Source: Eledone cirrhosa
Lineage: Eukaryota
Assembly (NCBI GenBank): GCA_964016885.1
Contig: OZ024742.1
Span: forward strand, 94,922,001 to 94,986,000
DNA length: 64,000 nt
Reading direction: 5' to 3'
In this document: positions 40,056-54,492 of the stretch, piece by piece
Layout: the number at the start of each line of letters is the position of its first letter
Numbering within the stretch: the first letter of the stretch is position 1
Program-made: the position numbers and the translations under genes
The notes under the pieces: model-generated
What the model saw: only the letters and a program-made list of their open reading frames with translations
Told to the model about the DNA's origin: nothing
Database searches by the model: none

Positions 40056-40779
40056 ATGCCACCTAAAAATAGAAGTAGCCTCAGTCGACATACCGCGTCA
40101 GCAGTGGCGCAAAAGGCTACTATAGCAAAAGAGTCCTCTGAGGAAAATGCTTCAAGACTTTTACAGACAGCCTTATGTCCAGCAGAATGTCGAGCCGCTG
40201 AAAGTTTCCAACAGCGCACCGCACGCCTAGCCAAAATGGCTTCATACCAGGCTTCTTCCAGGGCTTCAGAGAGCCGTGAACAAAGGTCGAAGCGCCTGGC
40301 TAGAAACGATGCCACTAATGCTGCTTCCAGGTCTTTGGAACGTTTAAAGCAACGGACAGCTCGCCTTCCTACGAACGCTGCGGCTATGACTACTTCCATG
40401 GCTTCTGAAGATGCAGACGGGCGGTCCATTAGCATTGCAAATGTTGCTTCTGCTATTGCTGCCAGACCTTCCCACCAACCACACGACCAATATTCTACGT
40501 TCAAGCGTAACAGTCGACGGCGAGACTGCACGCGGTGTGACGAGCCCCAACAGCCCTTACTGGCACCTACGGGCTTTCAAGTATGAGCAAAATGTTAATT
40601 ACTCGATGCGCTCTGACATAAATATAGGCGAAATGCGCTTCAATTGCCAATTCTGCAATGCTACAAAGTGGGCTGGGGAGCCACCTGCAATGTGCTGCTT
40701 AAACGGTAAGGTCACTATGCCCCCTCTTACGGAACCGCCAGAGCCTTTGAAGGAACTACTGACTGGTTATACCTCAAGG
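40056..40779 (+). pseudogene. Helitron RepHel N-terminus with zinc finger (frameshifted)
   Basis: MPPKNRSSLSR..; AFKYE..IGEM..CQFCNATKWAGEPPAMCCLNGKVTMPPLTEPPEPLKELL. Confidence 0.88.
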
Positions 40780-40813
40780 TAAAAAAAAAACCCTGATCCC
40801 TCCAATAAAAAAC

Positions 40814-42075
40814 GCTCCTGTGGGTACCGGAAAAACTTTTGTAACGAATTTGATTCTCGCTAAGATTCGTCAGGAGAAAAAAGTTGCGTTGTCCGTTGCA
40901 TCGTCCGGGATCGCTGCTACTTTGCTGCCGGGAGGAAGGACAGCACATTCAACCTTTAAACTCCCTTTGGATTTAGTAAAAACTGAGACACCAACATGCA
41001 ATATCAGCAAGAGTTCACACAAAGCTCTGGTTCTCAAAAGATGTTGCCTCATTGTTTGGGATGAGTGCACAATGGCACACAAGGGTGCCCTTGAGGCATT
41101 GGACTAGGCCCGGAAAGACATTAGGGATTCTACGGCTCCTATGGGTGGCGTAACCCTTCTGCTATCAGGGGATTTTCGGAAAACGCTGCCTGTCATCCCA
41201 AAATGGACAAGAGCTGATGAAGTGCGTGCCTGTCTTAAGTCGTCCATGTTGTGGCTCCAGGTGAATAGTTTGTACCTGAGCACAAATATGCGTGCTCATT
41301 TGCATGGTGACAACATGTCTGCAGCACAGAACATTTTAGCACTTGGTGAGGGCAAGATCCCTGCGGATGACAAGGGCGGCATAGCAATCGACACCCTGTG
41401 CAACATTGTGAGCAGCCCTTCTGACCTTTGGGAAGCAGTTTTACCTAATGTCTCATCTAACTTTAAAAACCTCGATTGGCTCAGCGAAAGAGCCATCCTT
41501 GCTCCGAAAAATACCATGGTTAATTTTATTAACGAGCAGCTGATTGAGAAGATTCCCAGTAAAGATCACATCTTCAAATCAGACCCCGACGATATCGTTA
41601 ATTATCCGGTTGAGTTATTAAATCTCCTTGAGCCCCCAGGGCTCCCACCTCACATTATTAAGCTTAGGGTTGGCTGTCCCATTATGCTAATAAGGAACTT
41701 GCGTCCACCAAAGCAGTGCAACGGTACTCGCATAGTCGTGAAGTCACCAACACCCACTTGATTGAGGCCACCATTGTAACGGGGTGTGGAAGAGGGGAGA
41801 ATGTTTTCATTCCAAGGATGAACCTTTTCCCCTCGGTGTCAGATATCCCGTTCGATTTCCGGCGATCCCAATTCCCGGTGAGACCATGTTTTGCCATGTC
41901 CATTAACAAGTCACAAGGGCAAACATTGTCGGTGGCGGGTATCCTTTTGGGGGAGCTATACTTCTCCCATGGCCAACTTTATGTTGCCTGTTCCCGCGCA
42001 GGGAGCAGGAATGGACTTTTTGCTTACTCTCCTCAAGGGATGACACGCAATATCGTCTACAAAGAGGTGCTATAG
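40814..42075 (+). pseudogene. Helitron Pif1-family helicase (disrupted)
   Basis: GTGKTF, VASSGIAATLLPGGRTAHS, IVWDECTM, LSGDFRKTLPV, RAILAPKN, QFPVRPCFAMSINKSQGQT, HGQLYVACSR. Confidence 0.95.
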
Positions 42076-44116
42076 ATGTTGGTGCAGGTGTTGGAGCTAT
42101 GCCGTCTGGAACACTATTTCCTGGTAGGGTATCCCATGGCGGACAGATCTGACACCCAGCGGCATCAGAGCCACCATCTTACAACTTTGGTCTACTAAAT
42201 TCGTTATTGAAGATTATTAACCCATCATTGATTGACCAAAATGCTAATTGGTTCGTAACTTTTAATAACCGGTTCAACTGCTTTATGCACTTAATTGATA
42301 AGCTTATTCGCTTTCAAACCACGTTTACCTGTATGTAACTTTTCATAGCAAATGAACAAACCCGAGCAACGCCGGGCTAAACTGCTAGTATATATATAAA
42401 ACAAGCTTCTGCATAGTCTCCAACTCTCAGATTTCAGTCACATAGTATTTCAATACTCAGGCTAAAGTAAAAGTCATTTGCCTAAGGTTCTGCAGAGTAG
42501 AACTGACTCAAAACAATGTATTTGGGAAGCAAATTGTTAACCACACAGCCACACTTTTATCTATGTATGATATGCCATCACTATTACCAGAATTGGGTAA
42601 TGAATCCAGTATCACTAATGTCACCACATAATAAGTTACAACAAACCCTGTGCCTGAATATTTAGTGCTCTAAGCTAGTTTTACAATATGTACCCTTTCC
42701 TCCAGTTATGAATCCCATTCTCCCAAATCTTATAATTCCAACTTACAAAATATTTTACACTTTTGCTCCTGAAAACAATAAGAAAATTATTAAGCCTCCA
42801 TTTTCTACTACACAATGAACATTCAGTTACATGAAAGCATAGTGAGATCATAAAAAACATACAATTCTCTCCTCCATATTTTGGATATTTCCACGACGTT
42901 ACTATATGGTAAAGATGTTTAGCAAAATATGTATTGATTGCAGGAACGTAATACATAATTAATTTAATGATAAATATACGTAAATCAACATAAAACTGTG
43001 ATCCTTTAACATCCAGTAATTTCCCTCAATGAGTTCTCTACCAGAAGCAACTGCCTAGTTGGATTAGAGGGTAGCACCAGCCCTCGTTATAGCAATGCAA
43101 AAGCTGTTTTGGTTTCTAGGCTGTGCTGATATATGTTATTTTATCAAATTTCTACATTTCTGAGAACTGTCAGCAATAAAGAGACAGGAAATTCATGGGG
43201 AAAATATAAATGCTACTTTTAACATTGTTAGAAATATAAATCATTTAATAGCTGTATATTATGTTGAGAGCAAAATGTACTTATATGTATATATGCATAT
43301 ATATATATATATATATATATAATACATACACACATAGGTGCTTGTGTGTATGTGAATGTTAGCATATAGTACATATTTACATGTGTGCATACATATTTAG
43401 CCATATATATATATTTGTATATATATATATATATATATACATTTATGTATATCTGTATGTGTAAGTATGTGTGAATATATGTATATATGCATATCTGTGT
43501 GTGTGTATATATATCTATATATATATATATATATATGTATACACACACACACACATACACAAATACACATGTGTGTATATACATACATGTATATATACTT
43601 GTATATATGTATATGCATATATATATATGCATATATATATATACACACACGCACATGTTAGTATGGAAAACAAACAACTGCTTCATATGAATGATGTCTA
43701 TGACATCAATGATGATAATGATGATGATAATGATGTGGATGTATATGCATAAATACATATTTATAAAGACTTATATTCCATAACTCCATAAGCATATATG
43801 TGCATGAGTGTGTGTGTAAGCTTGTGTGAACATGTGCTCTTGCTTGTGTGTGTCTGTGTGTAAGCTTGTGTGAACATGTGCTCTTGCTTGTGTGTGTCTG
43901 TGTGTATGTTTGAGTGTGTGTCTTGCTGTCGTAATGAAAAATAGTCTCTTACTAAAAGATTACACGGTCTGTTTAATGTGAAAGTTTTAATGATGTATAT
44001 TTGGCTTATTTCTCATTTGTCATGATCCATTATTTTGCAGTATATATTTATATATATATAATTGTGTGTATGAAAGTGCACATTTATATTCACAAACATA
44101 TATATTAACTCACATA

Positions 44117-44250
44117 TACATTCCCTCACACATACATTCCCTCACACATACATTCGCTCACACATACATTCCCTCACACATACATCCGCTCACACATACA
44201 TTCGCTCACAAATACATTCCCTCACATATACATTCCCTCACACATACATT
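44117..44250. repeat. 16-bp minisatellite (CACATACATTCCCTCA)
   Basis: About 8 tandem copies. Confidence 0.8.
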
Positions 44251-45330
44251 CATGACTACACATATACACACACACAAATTCACATGTACACACATTCACA
44301 CATGCACTCACATGCTTTCATGCAAGTTTACACTCATTTGCACACACAAACAGATTTGCATACACACATGCATATATACATGCACATATACACATTTTCA
44401 TAGACATTCACATATATGTAAACATATATACATTCTTGTGCTCACATACAAATTTACACACAAACACATTTGCATACACATTTGCATATATGCAGATATT
44501 CACATAGGAACATACAAACACATCCACAGTCATATTACTGAATATGCTTCAGCCATATATTAGGCCAATATACAATTACTCCCACACATGTACTTAATTC
44601 TCTCTCTTTGTACATATTGTCATTAATCATAACATCAATAATTTCTCAACACACAACCTCACTTAAATTGAAAGACATAACAAATGTTTTTTTCTCTGTT
44701 ATTTCTCCTACATAATATCCTTTTGTAGCAGGGCAATGAAGTCAGTCATGGAATCCCCCCTATCATTAACACTTAAGGCCACTTTGGAGAGAGGCTCAAT
44801 ACAATAGAATTTTGATTATCATCATCATCCACACCATCATTATTTTATGTCTTCTTCCCAAGCTAGCATAGGTTGGACAGATCATAACTGTCCCAAGATA
44901 GACTGTCCAGAAATCTACATCCTGCTCCTATATTTCATACAAAAAAGAATAATTAAGTAGATGAGTGGTGCTTTGGATCATTAAAATGGAAAGGAGTGGA
45001 TCATTAGATCAGACAAAGTAAACAATACTTCCATAAGTGTTTTCATTACTGATACTATGTCAGTGGCAACCCCTGTTTGGAGGCAGGATTTGAACTTAGA
45101 GTGAACAGAGATAGAGAGGATACCACAAAGCATTGTCTTACTCTTTAACAATTCTTCTCATCCACCACTACTTCACTGTTATTTTATTTATTGACCTAGA
45201 AAGGAAGGATGAAAACCAAAGTTGACTTTGATGGGATTTGAATTCAGAATGTAGAAGCCAAAACAAATATTGAGGCATTTAATCCAATGCTCTAATGATT
45301 CTGTCAATTTGTTGTATTTAATGGTAGCCT

Positions 45331-45520
45331 CAGTGACAACAGAGGGACAATCAGAGTGACAGAGTTGACACCAAGAAAATGGACAAGATCTAAAGGACAT
45401 CCAAGGACAAGATAGCAAGATGACCTCACCAACCACCTGGGACTCTCATGGCCAAGACTGGCAAGGGACAAAAGTCAGTGGAAGGAGTCCAGGGAGACGT
45501 TCCTCCTCTGTGAATTATTT
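45331..45520 (+). pseudogene. RTE LINE ORF2 C-terminal relic
   Basis: DNRGTIRVTELTPRKWTRSKGHPRTR*QDDL..WPRLARDKSQWK. Confidence 0.7.
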
Positions 45521-47601
45521 CAAGACCCAGGATCAAGTCAACGGTAGCCTAAATAAGTTCTGAGCATGGATGGATATAGATATAGGCTGAAAATAATATG
45601 AATTCAGATTTCCCTTTTTAAAGTTGGCTTACTTAGTAACTGAAAGTACATGGCTTTTCCCTGAACAGAGTGCGATTACATTGCAGGGTAACCTCCAATT
45701 GGTGCTGATACTCATGTTTCCCAGTTCAGTAGACTGGAACAATGTGAAATGAAATGTTTCGTTCAAGAACTCAATGGGCTGTTCATCATTAGAATTGTAC
45801 TACTCACATTATTATCATGAGTTCAATTCCCTAACTACTTGACCACACACCTTTACACATTGAAGAAAATGAATTTAAAACTTGTACTTTATAGAAATGA
45901 AAATTAAGTTTACAGCTCACACCTATGCAGTTTAGGCTGGCCTCTTATGAGGTTGCTTCTTATAGGGAATTTATTTGATTTTTTAATGATAGGAGTTGAA
46001 CCCATGTTCTTATGATCATGAGGCCTACACCCTAACAACTAGGCTATATAAAGATTTTAAATTTGCACTATATAGAAAAGCCTGAAATATTGTAAAAATT
46101 GAAAACAAAGAAATGTATAATCAATCTGCTTTTTCATTCACTAAGGTTTTGAATATCAAAATATTTAGTGTCTTTAAATTTCACAGAATCAATTTTAGCA
46201 TGTAGTTACTTTTTTTATGAATACTCTGTAAATATATGAAAAGGGCGAATAAAGAAGTGGAAAATTGAGGGATACTAGATGAAATATTATAAAAACTGAG
46301 TAACACACTAAAAAAATGACAGTAAACACATACACACATACATATACTTGCACCCACCCACACATATGCATGTACAAACGCGAACACATACCCATGCACA
46401 AACACAAACATACCCATGCACAAACACAAACATACCCATGCACAGACACAAACACATCTGAGGCAAGTTGTCGATGTCAAGATGGAAAGGTTTATAACCT
46501 AAGTTCTATAATGATGCTCAACTTCTACTACAGGTATATTTACTCTTTCTTAACCTGTGAAATACCTTATGCTTTATATATTTAGAAGTTTTATGAATCC
46601 TTTATTTTTCTGCTATGATATTTTTTAATGGCAGAGCCATTAGAAGGATGTTTAGAAGGCTTCATGATATTCATTCCAACTCTCTGTACTCTGAGTTCAA
46701 ATCCTACAAAAATCGGCTTTGCCTTTCATCTTTTCAAGTTTCATAAATAAGGTGCCAGTCCAGTACTGAGGTTGATTCGTCCTCTATCTCTCTTTTTCCT
46801 CCTTCTCTCTTGCTCTCTCTGTTGGTGTCACTGTAAAATGTAACCTACTCAGTAAAGTGGAAGTGCTGGTGTTATGATAAAATGCACCCAGTACATTCTG
46901 TATGGTAGTTGGTTTTAGGAATGGTATACAACCATAGAAACCAAGTAAAATATGGAATATATGAAAAAGATGAGGTCTCTCTGATCTATCTAAACATAGG
47001 CTATGGCAACTCATTCAAGTCATGCCACCACTATCACTAGCCACATCAACCACCAACACTATCTCTATCCCCACAATCCACCACAAACTCTCCAATCCCC
47101 CTCTATTACTAATGCCACCAACCCTAAAAAATACTTCCATCACTATCATTAATAACACTAACCCCCCAAACCATCACCATTGTTACAAACATCACAAGAA
47201 GAGATACTATTACATCATGAATCTAAAGCTATAAATAACAACCACCATCACTATCAGTAATAACCTAGCCTCCTCCTCCCAAAACCACCATCATTGCTAT
47301 AAACACCACAAAAGTACTGTTACAAAAAAGAATCTATAACCATAATTAACAACTCATTCATAAAAAAACTGAATTTTTAAATATAAAGAAACAAAACTCC
47401 TTAAGAAACATCGTCCAACTATGCACACCTTAACTCCTGATGGAGACATAGCAATACCATTGTGACATACAGTGTGTCTTTGGTATTTAAATCTGATGGA
47501 ACTAATCCATCTCCAGTACTGACTGAACATTGTTGATTTCTTTCAGCAAAATATAAAGGTCATCATCATCATCATCTTTTTCTGTCTGCATTCCACCTTT
47601 G

Positions 47602-48400
47602 TGGGTAATAGTGTTTGTGGTTATTGTGGGCAGTTGTGAGTAGTATTGTTTGTGGTTATTGTGAGTAGTATTGTTTGTGGTTGTTGTGGTTAGTATTGTT
47701 TGTGGTTATTGTGAGTAGTATTGTTTGTGGTTATTGTGGGTAGTATTGTTTGTGGTTGTTGTGGGTAGTATTGTTTGTGGTTATTGTGAGTAGTATTGTT
47801 TGTGGTTATTGTGGGTAGCAGTGTTTGTGGTTGTTGTGGGTAGTATTGTTTGTGGTTGTTGTGGGTAGCAGTGTTTGTGGTTGTTGTGGATAGCAGTGTT
47901 TGTGGTTGTTGTGGGTAGTATTGTTTGTGGTTATTGTGGGTAGTATTGTTTGTGGTTGTTGTGGGTAGTATTGTTTGTGGTTGTTGTGGGTAGCAGTGTT
48001 TGTGGTTGTTGTAGGTAGCAGTGTTTGTGGTTGTTGTGGGTAGTATTGTTTGTGGTTATTGTGGGTAGTATTGTTTGTGGTTGTTGTGGGTAGTATTGTT
48101 TGTGGTTGTTGTGGGTAGCAGTGTTTGTGGTTTGTTGTTGGTAGTATTGTTTGTGGCTGCTGTGGGTAGCAGTGTTTGTGGTTGTTGTGGGTAGTATTGT
48201 TTGTGGTTTGTTGTTGGTAGTATTGTTTGTGGTTGTTGTGGGTAGTATTGTTTGTGGTTGTTGTGGGTATTATTGTTTGTGGTTTGTTGTTGGTAGTATT
48301 GTTTCTGGTTGTTGTGGGTAGCAGTGTTTGTGGTTTGTTGTTGGTAGTATTGTGTGTGGTTGTTGTGGGTAGCAGTGTTTGTCGTTTGTTGTTGGTAGTG
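47602..48400. repeat. 25-bp GT-rich minisatellite
   Basis: About 30 copies of GGGTAGTATTGTTTGTGGTTGTTGT with GTAGCAGTG variants. Confidence 0.92.
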
Positions 48401-49360
48401 TTCTTATTGTCTTGTAGTGTTTGTAGCTATTAGTATTGGCAGAGATGATGCACCAGTTGGAAGAGTAGAATGGGTATTTTTACTCTCTGTGGGGCCCATT
48501 TAACAGTGGTGTAGATTTTGGGGATGTTTAATGTGGCATTGAGAGGCTGCAATAATGTTGATGTAGCTTGATGGTTTTCTACTTCAAGTAAGAGGTGCAG
48601 ATGGTTGCATGGATGTGGTTATTGCTACATTTTTTGTGGTTTCTTTTTGGCTTCTGTTTCATGTATTTATTTGGAAAGGAAGAGAAGGAGAAGGAAGGGG
48701 TTAAAACAGAGGGAGAAACAAGAAAGATTAGCTCCTGGAATGGAAGTGGATTGAGAAAGAAAATGGTAAAATGATGGATGGAATAGCTAGGGAAATAATC
48801 AATAAAACTTGCCTTTAGACATAAATATAGACTTGTGCATGTGTTCATGTCTACACACACAAACACATACATATAAGTATATAATGCTTTATTTTCATAT
48901 AAAGTTTGTAGCATACAGAGACATGTTTTCATATAGGTATGTAGGTATACACAAGATAAATATACACACACATGCACTCACACAAACATATATTTTCATA
49001 ATATATATATACATACACAGAGAGTAAGAGATAAACACATATAACAAGGAAAACAGACATTAAATAGTGATGATGATGATAATGATGCTACACATATATC
49101 TATATCCATATATATAATTGTGTGTATATATATGTATGCCCACCTAAGCTCACAACTTAAAGCAACAATGATTTGAATTGTAGCTGCAAAAAATGAATGA
49201 CGGAATAAATGTAGCTTCATGTATTGAGTACTTTCTGTTTTGTTAATATGCCCCATGTGTGTATGCCTGTATATAGAAAGAGTGGAGGACTCATATGTGT
49301 GAGTGTTTCTTTGTGTTTGTGTGTGTATGTGAGTGTGTGTGTATATATATATATATATAT

Positions 49361-49972
49361 GGTGGCTGCCAACTCGTTTTCGAGTACGGCCACTATTTTA
49401 TATCCATGTAGGAGAACCCCTACTGATGCGCTCAACGAGTGTGACTTTTTAGTCCAGCCAGCGACTTGAACACTCTGGTACAAACACTACACTTGTGACG
49501 ATTATTGACACATAGTGCTGGGCCCATGGTACCATGTGACGACAAGTGCAAAGAGATCTCCAGATATAAAGCAATGCCTGTGCCGTGAAGCTTTTATAGT
49601 GAGCAAAGGCACTGCACAAAGCCAGTCCCACTCTCTTAACCAAGATGATATTTACAAAAAAGAAGAACAAGTCAACATCATTGGATACCATCAGGGTTGC
49701 AGGTGTTATATCAGAGTTTTCCTTCTCCTAGAATTCTGCCTTGACAAAGGCTAAGGGGTCATCTCTCCCAGTGATTTTGGATGGCCATTAACTCTTAAGT
49801 TCTCCTTTGCTCTTTGACAGGTTTTGTTTTTTGTCCTGCAGGATGTCCAAAGTCACCCTCCTCACCAAGAAACCTTGGTGGGGTTGCTAGTTTAGTCACC
49901 AATGAACCGACCATAGGACAGGTTGTACTGGAATACATGTTACCAGTAGCACCAACTGGTGACCTGACAGAC
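49361..49972. mobile_element. Unclassified ~610-bp interspersed element in (TA)n
   Basis: Higher GC than flanks, bounded by TA runs; first 78 bp recur at 50120-50197. Confidence 0.5.
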
Positions 49973-50045
49973 TATATATATGCATATATACATCATACAT
50001 ACATACATACGTTTAACGTCCGTGTTCCACGCTTGCATGGGTTAT

Positions 50046-50121
<76 letters not shown>

Positions 50122-50349
50122 TGGCTGCCAACTCGTTTTCGAGTACGGCCACTACTCTATATCCATGTAGGAGAACCCCTACTGATGTGCTGAACGATAT
50201 ATATATATACACATACACACATCATACTCAATACTTGATGTACACAGGAAGAAACTAGTGCACATTTAAGCAGAAACTCACATAAATATATATGTACATA
50301 CATACTTGCATCACACTCACTGTTACATGCCACACACATACACACAAAC

Positions 50350-50381
<32 letters not shown>

Positions 50382-50748
50382 CAAAATGTATTGCATACAC
50401 AGATGCTTGTAACACACACATATATGCATCTACAGACAAGACACACTCATATGCTAACACAGATTTGGGAACGTATATATATTACAGAAATAACATCTCC
50501 TTGTGCACACTTGTATACATATATTTACAAAGCAAATAACATAGTGTATTGAAAAAAATATATTAGCTTAACACTTAATATGGTAGGAAAAGAGTCCTTA
50601 TATTTCGGACACTAGTCCTTCAACAGAAGACAGAATGAGAAATAAAACATAAAATAGAAAGACAGTGTGTGCTAAGTGGAATGAACGGAAAATCATTTTT
50701 TGAGAAAAAGCATGTGTATTTAATCAGCCATTTTGGAGAGAAAATGTA

Positions 50749-50782
<34 letters not shown>

Positions 50783-51460
50783 ATCATCATCACTGTTTAA
50801 TGTTCATCTTTTCATGCCACCATAGCGTAGATGAATAGTCCCATTGTGAGACAAGTCTGATCATATCTTGTTCATGCAGAACTGTTTCTGGCTTGGTTTC
50901 TATGACTGGATGTCTTTCCTAATGCCAACAACATTTACAGTGTGGACTTGGTTCTTTTTATTGTGGCATCAAAATGACTACTTTACTGTGTGGACTGGAC
51001 GCTTTTTGTTGTGGTACTAAAGCTACCACTTTACAGTGAGGACTAGGCACTTGTTTGTCATATCACCAAGATGACAACTCCATTGTGTGGACTGTATGCT
51101 TTTTGTGATGCCACTATCATGACCACTATACAGGGTGGACTGGGCAATTATGTTGTGTCACTAACATGACCATTCTACAGGCTGGACTGGTCAACTATTT
51201 TTTGTGTCACCAAACACGGCCACCTTACAGGGCAGACTGCTCTTTGTCATGATACTGTCCCAAACACTCCACAGGGCAGACCAGGTACCTTCTGTTATGT
51301 CACCAAAACAGACAGGTGCCTTCTGTCATGTCACCTTACAGACAGGACCAAGGGCTCTTTTGTCATGGCACCATCATGAGCACCTTACATGATGAACTCG
51401 GGGCTTTTGTTGTGTCACTAGCATGAACAACTTATAGAGTGGACTGAGAGCTTTTAGCCA
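50783..51460 (-). mobile_element. RTE 3' UTR fragment with expanded ~48-bp internal repeat
   Basis: (CAT)n tail and CTGGATGtCtTTCCTAAtgCCAAC motif, then about 10 degenerate CCACTTTACAGTGTGGACTGG..TTTTTGT..GGCACC units. Confidence 0.7.
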
Positions 51461-52203
51461 TTTCAGTAGTATTGTAGGAGAGCCTGTTCATCTTTCCCTG
51501 CTTGGGTTTGTCAAGACAGGTGCCTCAGATAAGGAAAGCGGAGGTAGGAGGTTCATATATGTAGGGTGGGGATTGGAGTAGTAGGTCTAGGGTAAGGTAC
51601 TTAGCCAGTGAAGGGTGGAGTGTTAAGATATAGGAGAAATATGGAAGGGTGAGGGTGATGAGTGATTCATAATGATTCCTTCAGAGTATTGCATACATGC
51701 ATACATGTATGTATGCAATACTCTGAATGCATACATGCATGTATGCATTCAAACACTCACATGTTTGTATTCATTCAAACACACATGTCTATATACACTT
51801 AAATAGACACATGTATATACTCACTCACATACACACATATATGCAATTAAATAAACAAAATCTCTACAATTCTCCTCTCTTTCATGCATACTCTCTGACT
51901 TTCTCTCACTTTTTCTCTGACATACAGCCTCTCTCACTATCTTGCTTTCAAAAATACACCCTCTCTTTCTCATACACCACATCTCCCTCTACCTCACACA
52001 TTGTCCCTCTCTTTTACATCCTCCCACCCCTTCTCCCTCACATCTTCACTCACACATTTTTATTCACACTCTCTCTATCTCTCTTACACATTCTCTCTCT
52101 ATCTCTCTTACACCTTCTCTCACTATCTCTCTTACACACTCTTTCACTTTCTCTCTCACATACATATACTTTATACACACTCTCATTCTGTCTTTCAGTC
52201 ACT

Positions 52204-52236
<33 letters not shown>

Positions 52237-52834
52237 TCCATTGTTCCCTCATACACATACACACACTTTCACCCTGATATGTTCTGACTTTCTCTCTCTT
52301 TTACACACATATATTCACACACTCTATCATACATACATACACATATACTTTAAACATACACTCTCTCACTTTTCACACACAAACATACACATTTTACTTC
52401 TTTCACACAGACATACAACACACGCATAAACAAATACACGCTAAGGAAATTTTGATAAATCTTGTGTTGGCATTGGATCTAGTGAGAGTGGGGTGGGAAT
52501 ATTTGGCAGAAGGCAAAAAAGTTAGGATAAAAGAAAAACAAGAAGCTCAACCCCCACCTGCTTTCTATTTTGGTGATTAAATGAAGAATAATCTTTTTGG
52601 AATTCTTTGGGTATTTGTTAAATTTTCTGCAATTACCAGGAAATAAATGTGACTTTGCCATTCATGTGGCAAGCCAAAGAATCGTAACCTATTGTTGAAG
52701 GTTCTCAGCTAAGGACTTCTCTGCCATTCATAGTATGAATATATTCATAATTGCTACCAGAAAATGGACATCAGTGTATGCGTCTTTCTATCTGTAGTTG
52801 TATATATATGTATATATATAGATGTGAATATACA

Positions 52835-52879
<45 letters not shown>

Positions 52880-53524
52880 GTGCATTTTTGTTTATATACT
52901 TTTCTACAGTTAGTATAATATAGATGTGTAGAGAGATCTGTATATAATGTATGCATGTGTCTATATATTTGTATGCATGTGTGTATTTATATGATACATA
53001 TATATATACACACACACACAGAAACTTATATACATGTATGTATGCATACATACATATATACATACATACATATGTGTATGTATATATCAGTACATTGGTG
53101 TAAGATGTACAATTTGATCACATTAAGCAATTCTTACTAAGTACTAGAATGTATGGTTCAAAGTTTGCTGTGGACATTATCAAAGATTTTCTTTGAAATG
53201 TACTTCAGAATATTTTCCCAGTTATTATTGTTTATAAACATTATATATTTCACATGCTACATACACCTGATATGTAGTAACTCTCTGAAAAATCCAAGAG
53301 GCACTGCTGGCACAGAGATGTGATTCATTGTTGACGTTGTCTGAATATATGTATAATTCAAGTAGAAACCAGGACAAACAAACAACTTTTTCACTCATCA
53401 GTTACTTATACTGGATGACCTCAGTTTTTCAGTAGTAAGATGCTTATTTAATAGGGGCAGGTCTGAGATGAACACATTAGCCAAGTACTGAATTAAGAAC
53501 TAATGTGTTGTGTATAGAATTAAT

Positions 53525-53706
53525 ATAATTGTTTCTACTTTTGGCACCAGGCCAGCAATTATCCCAGTGCATTACTGGTACTTTATTTTATCGACCCCGT
53601 AAGAATGAAAGGCAAAATTAACCTCGGCAGGATTTGAACTCAGATCATAAAGGGAGGTAAGTCTATGCTTCAAAGCATGGCGCCCGACCCTCTACCAATA
53701 CTGCCA
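53525..53706 (-). mobile_element. SINE family M, near full length
   Basis: Reverse complement of 58461-58640. Confidence 0.88.
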
Positions 53707-54243
53707 ATAATAGTTATTAATGATGGTTGTTTATTTTAAATATTTATTGATGTTGGTGAGTCATCAAAACAGTAAACAATGATATTAAACTTTCACCATA
53801 TACTACCTGAACCAAGAGTGAATGATACAGTAAACAAAAAATACAAAAGAGGAATGGAAGGAAGTTAGGTATAATGTAAGTAGAACAATTGTTAGTGAAA
53901 AGAGATATCAAGTAAACAGGAAATGATTGTCAGGGTTTGTTTAATATATGTTAGGTACAGAATATAGAGGTCAATTGGTAGGGCAAGGATAGGTCAAATA
54001 AACAGGAAGATATACTTGGGAGGTATTTACCATCAATTAGTTTGTTACTTTTATTCTCTTTGAGAACTTCACAACCTCTCTAGTGTTGCTAACATGATAT
54101 CATATATCCAATTCACTGTGGAAAGTGGATGTACTAGTGCTATGATAAAATGCACCTAGTACACTCTATAAAGAGTTCAGTGTTAGGAAAAGCAGCCTGA
54201 TGTAGAAACCTATGTCAAAATATGTAATATATGACCAAGGTAT

Positions 54244-54390
54244 CAGGGCCGTCTTAACAGCATTATAGGCCCCTGGGCAAAGCAACCTACCTAAACAACC
54301 ACTCACAGGAATAAAAATACAAATGGGACCCCTATCCTCGTGGGGCCCCCATGCAACTGCCCAGCATGCCCATGCGTTATGATGGCCCTG
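54244..54390. mobile_element. hAT-type MITE (147 bp)
   Basis: TIRs CAGGGCCGTCTTAAC and GTTATGATGGCCCTG; perfect 8-bp TSD CAAGGTAT at 54236-54243 and 54391-54398. Confidence 0.9.
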
Positions 54391-54492
54391 CAAGGTATGT
54401 TTCTCTGATCAGTCTAGTCTTTGACTGCAATGACCCATCCAACATAAGTCAGTATATAAATCAAATATAAAAAAATAATATTGATCGCGCAT

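Larger units (their letters stand above)
38840..42388 (+). mobile_element. Helitron, internally deleted, both termini present
   Basis: 5' A|TC ATTATCTATAAAAGGCAG; 3' hairpin CCCGAGCAACGCCGGG (42361-42376) then CTAG|T; RepHel N-terminus and Pif1 helicase in between. Confidence 0.92.

Noticed and set aside
39917-40531. 204-aa minus-strand ORF
   Set aside because: Antisense shadow of the Helitron RepHel N-terminal coding region.
47602-48400. CRISPR-like regular array
   Set aside because: Contiguous repeats with no unique spacers, in a eukaryotic context.
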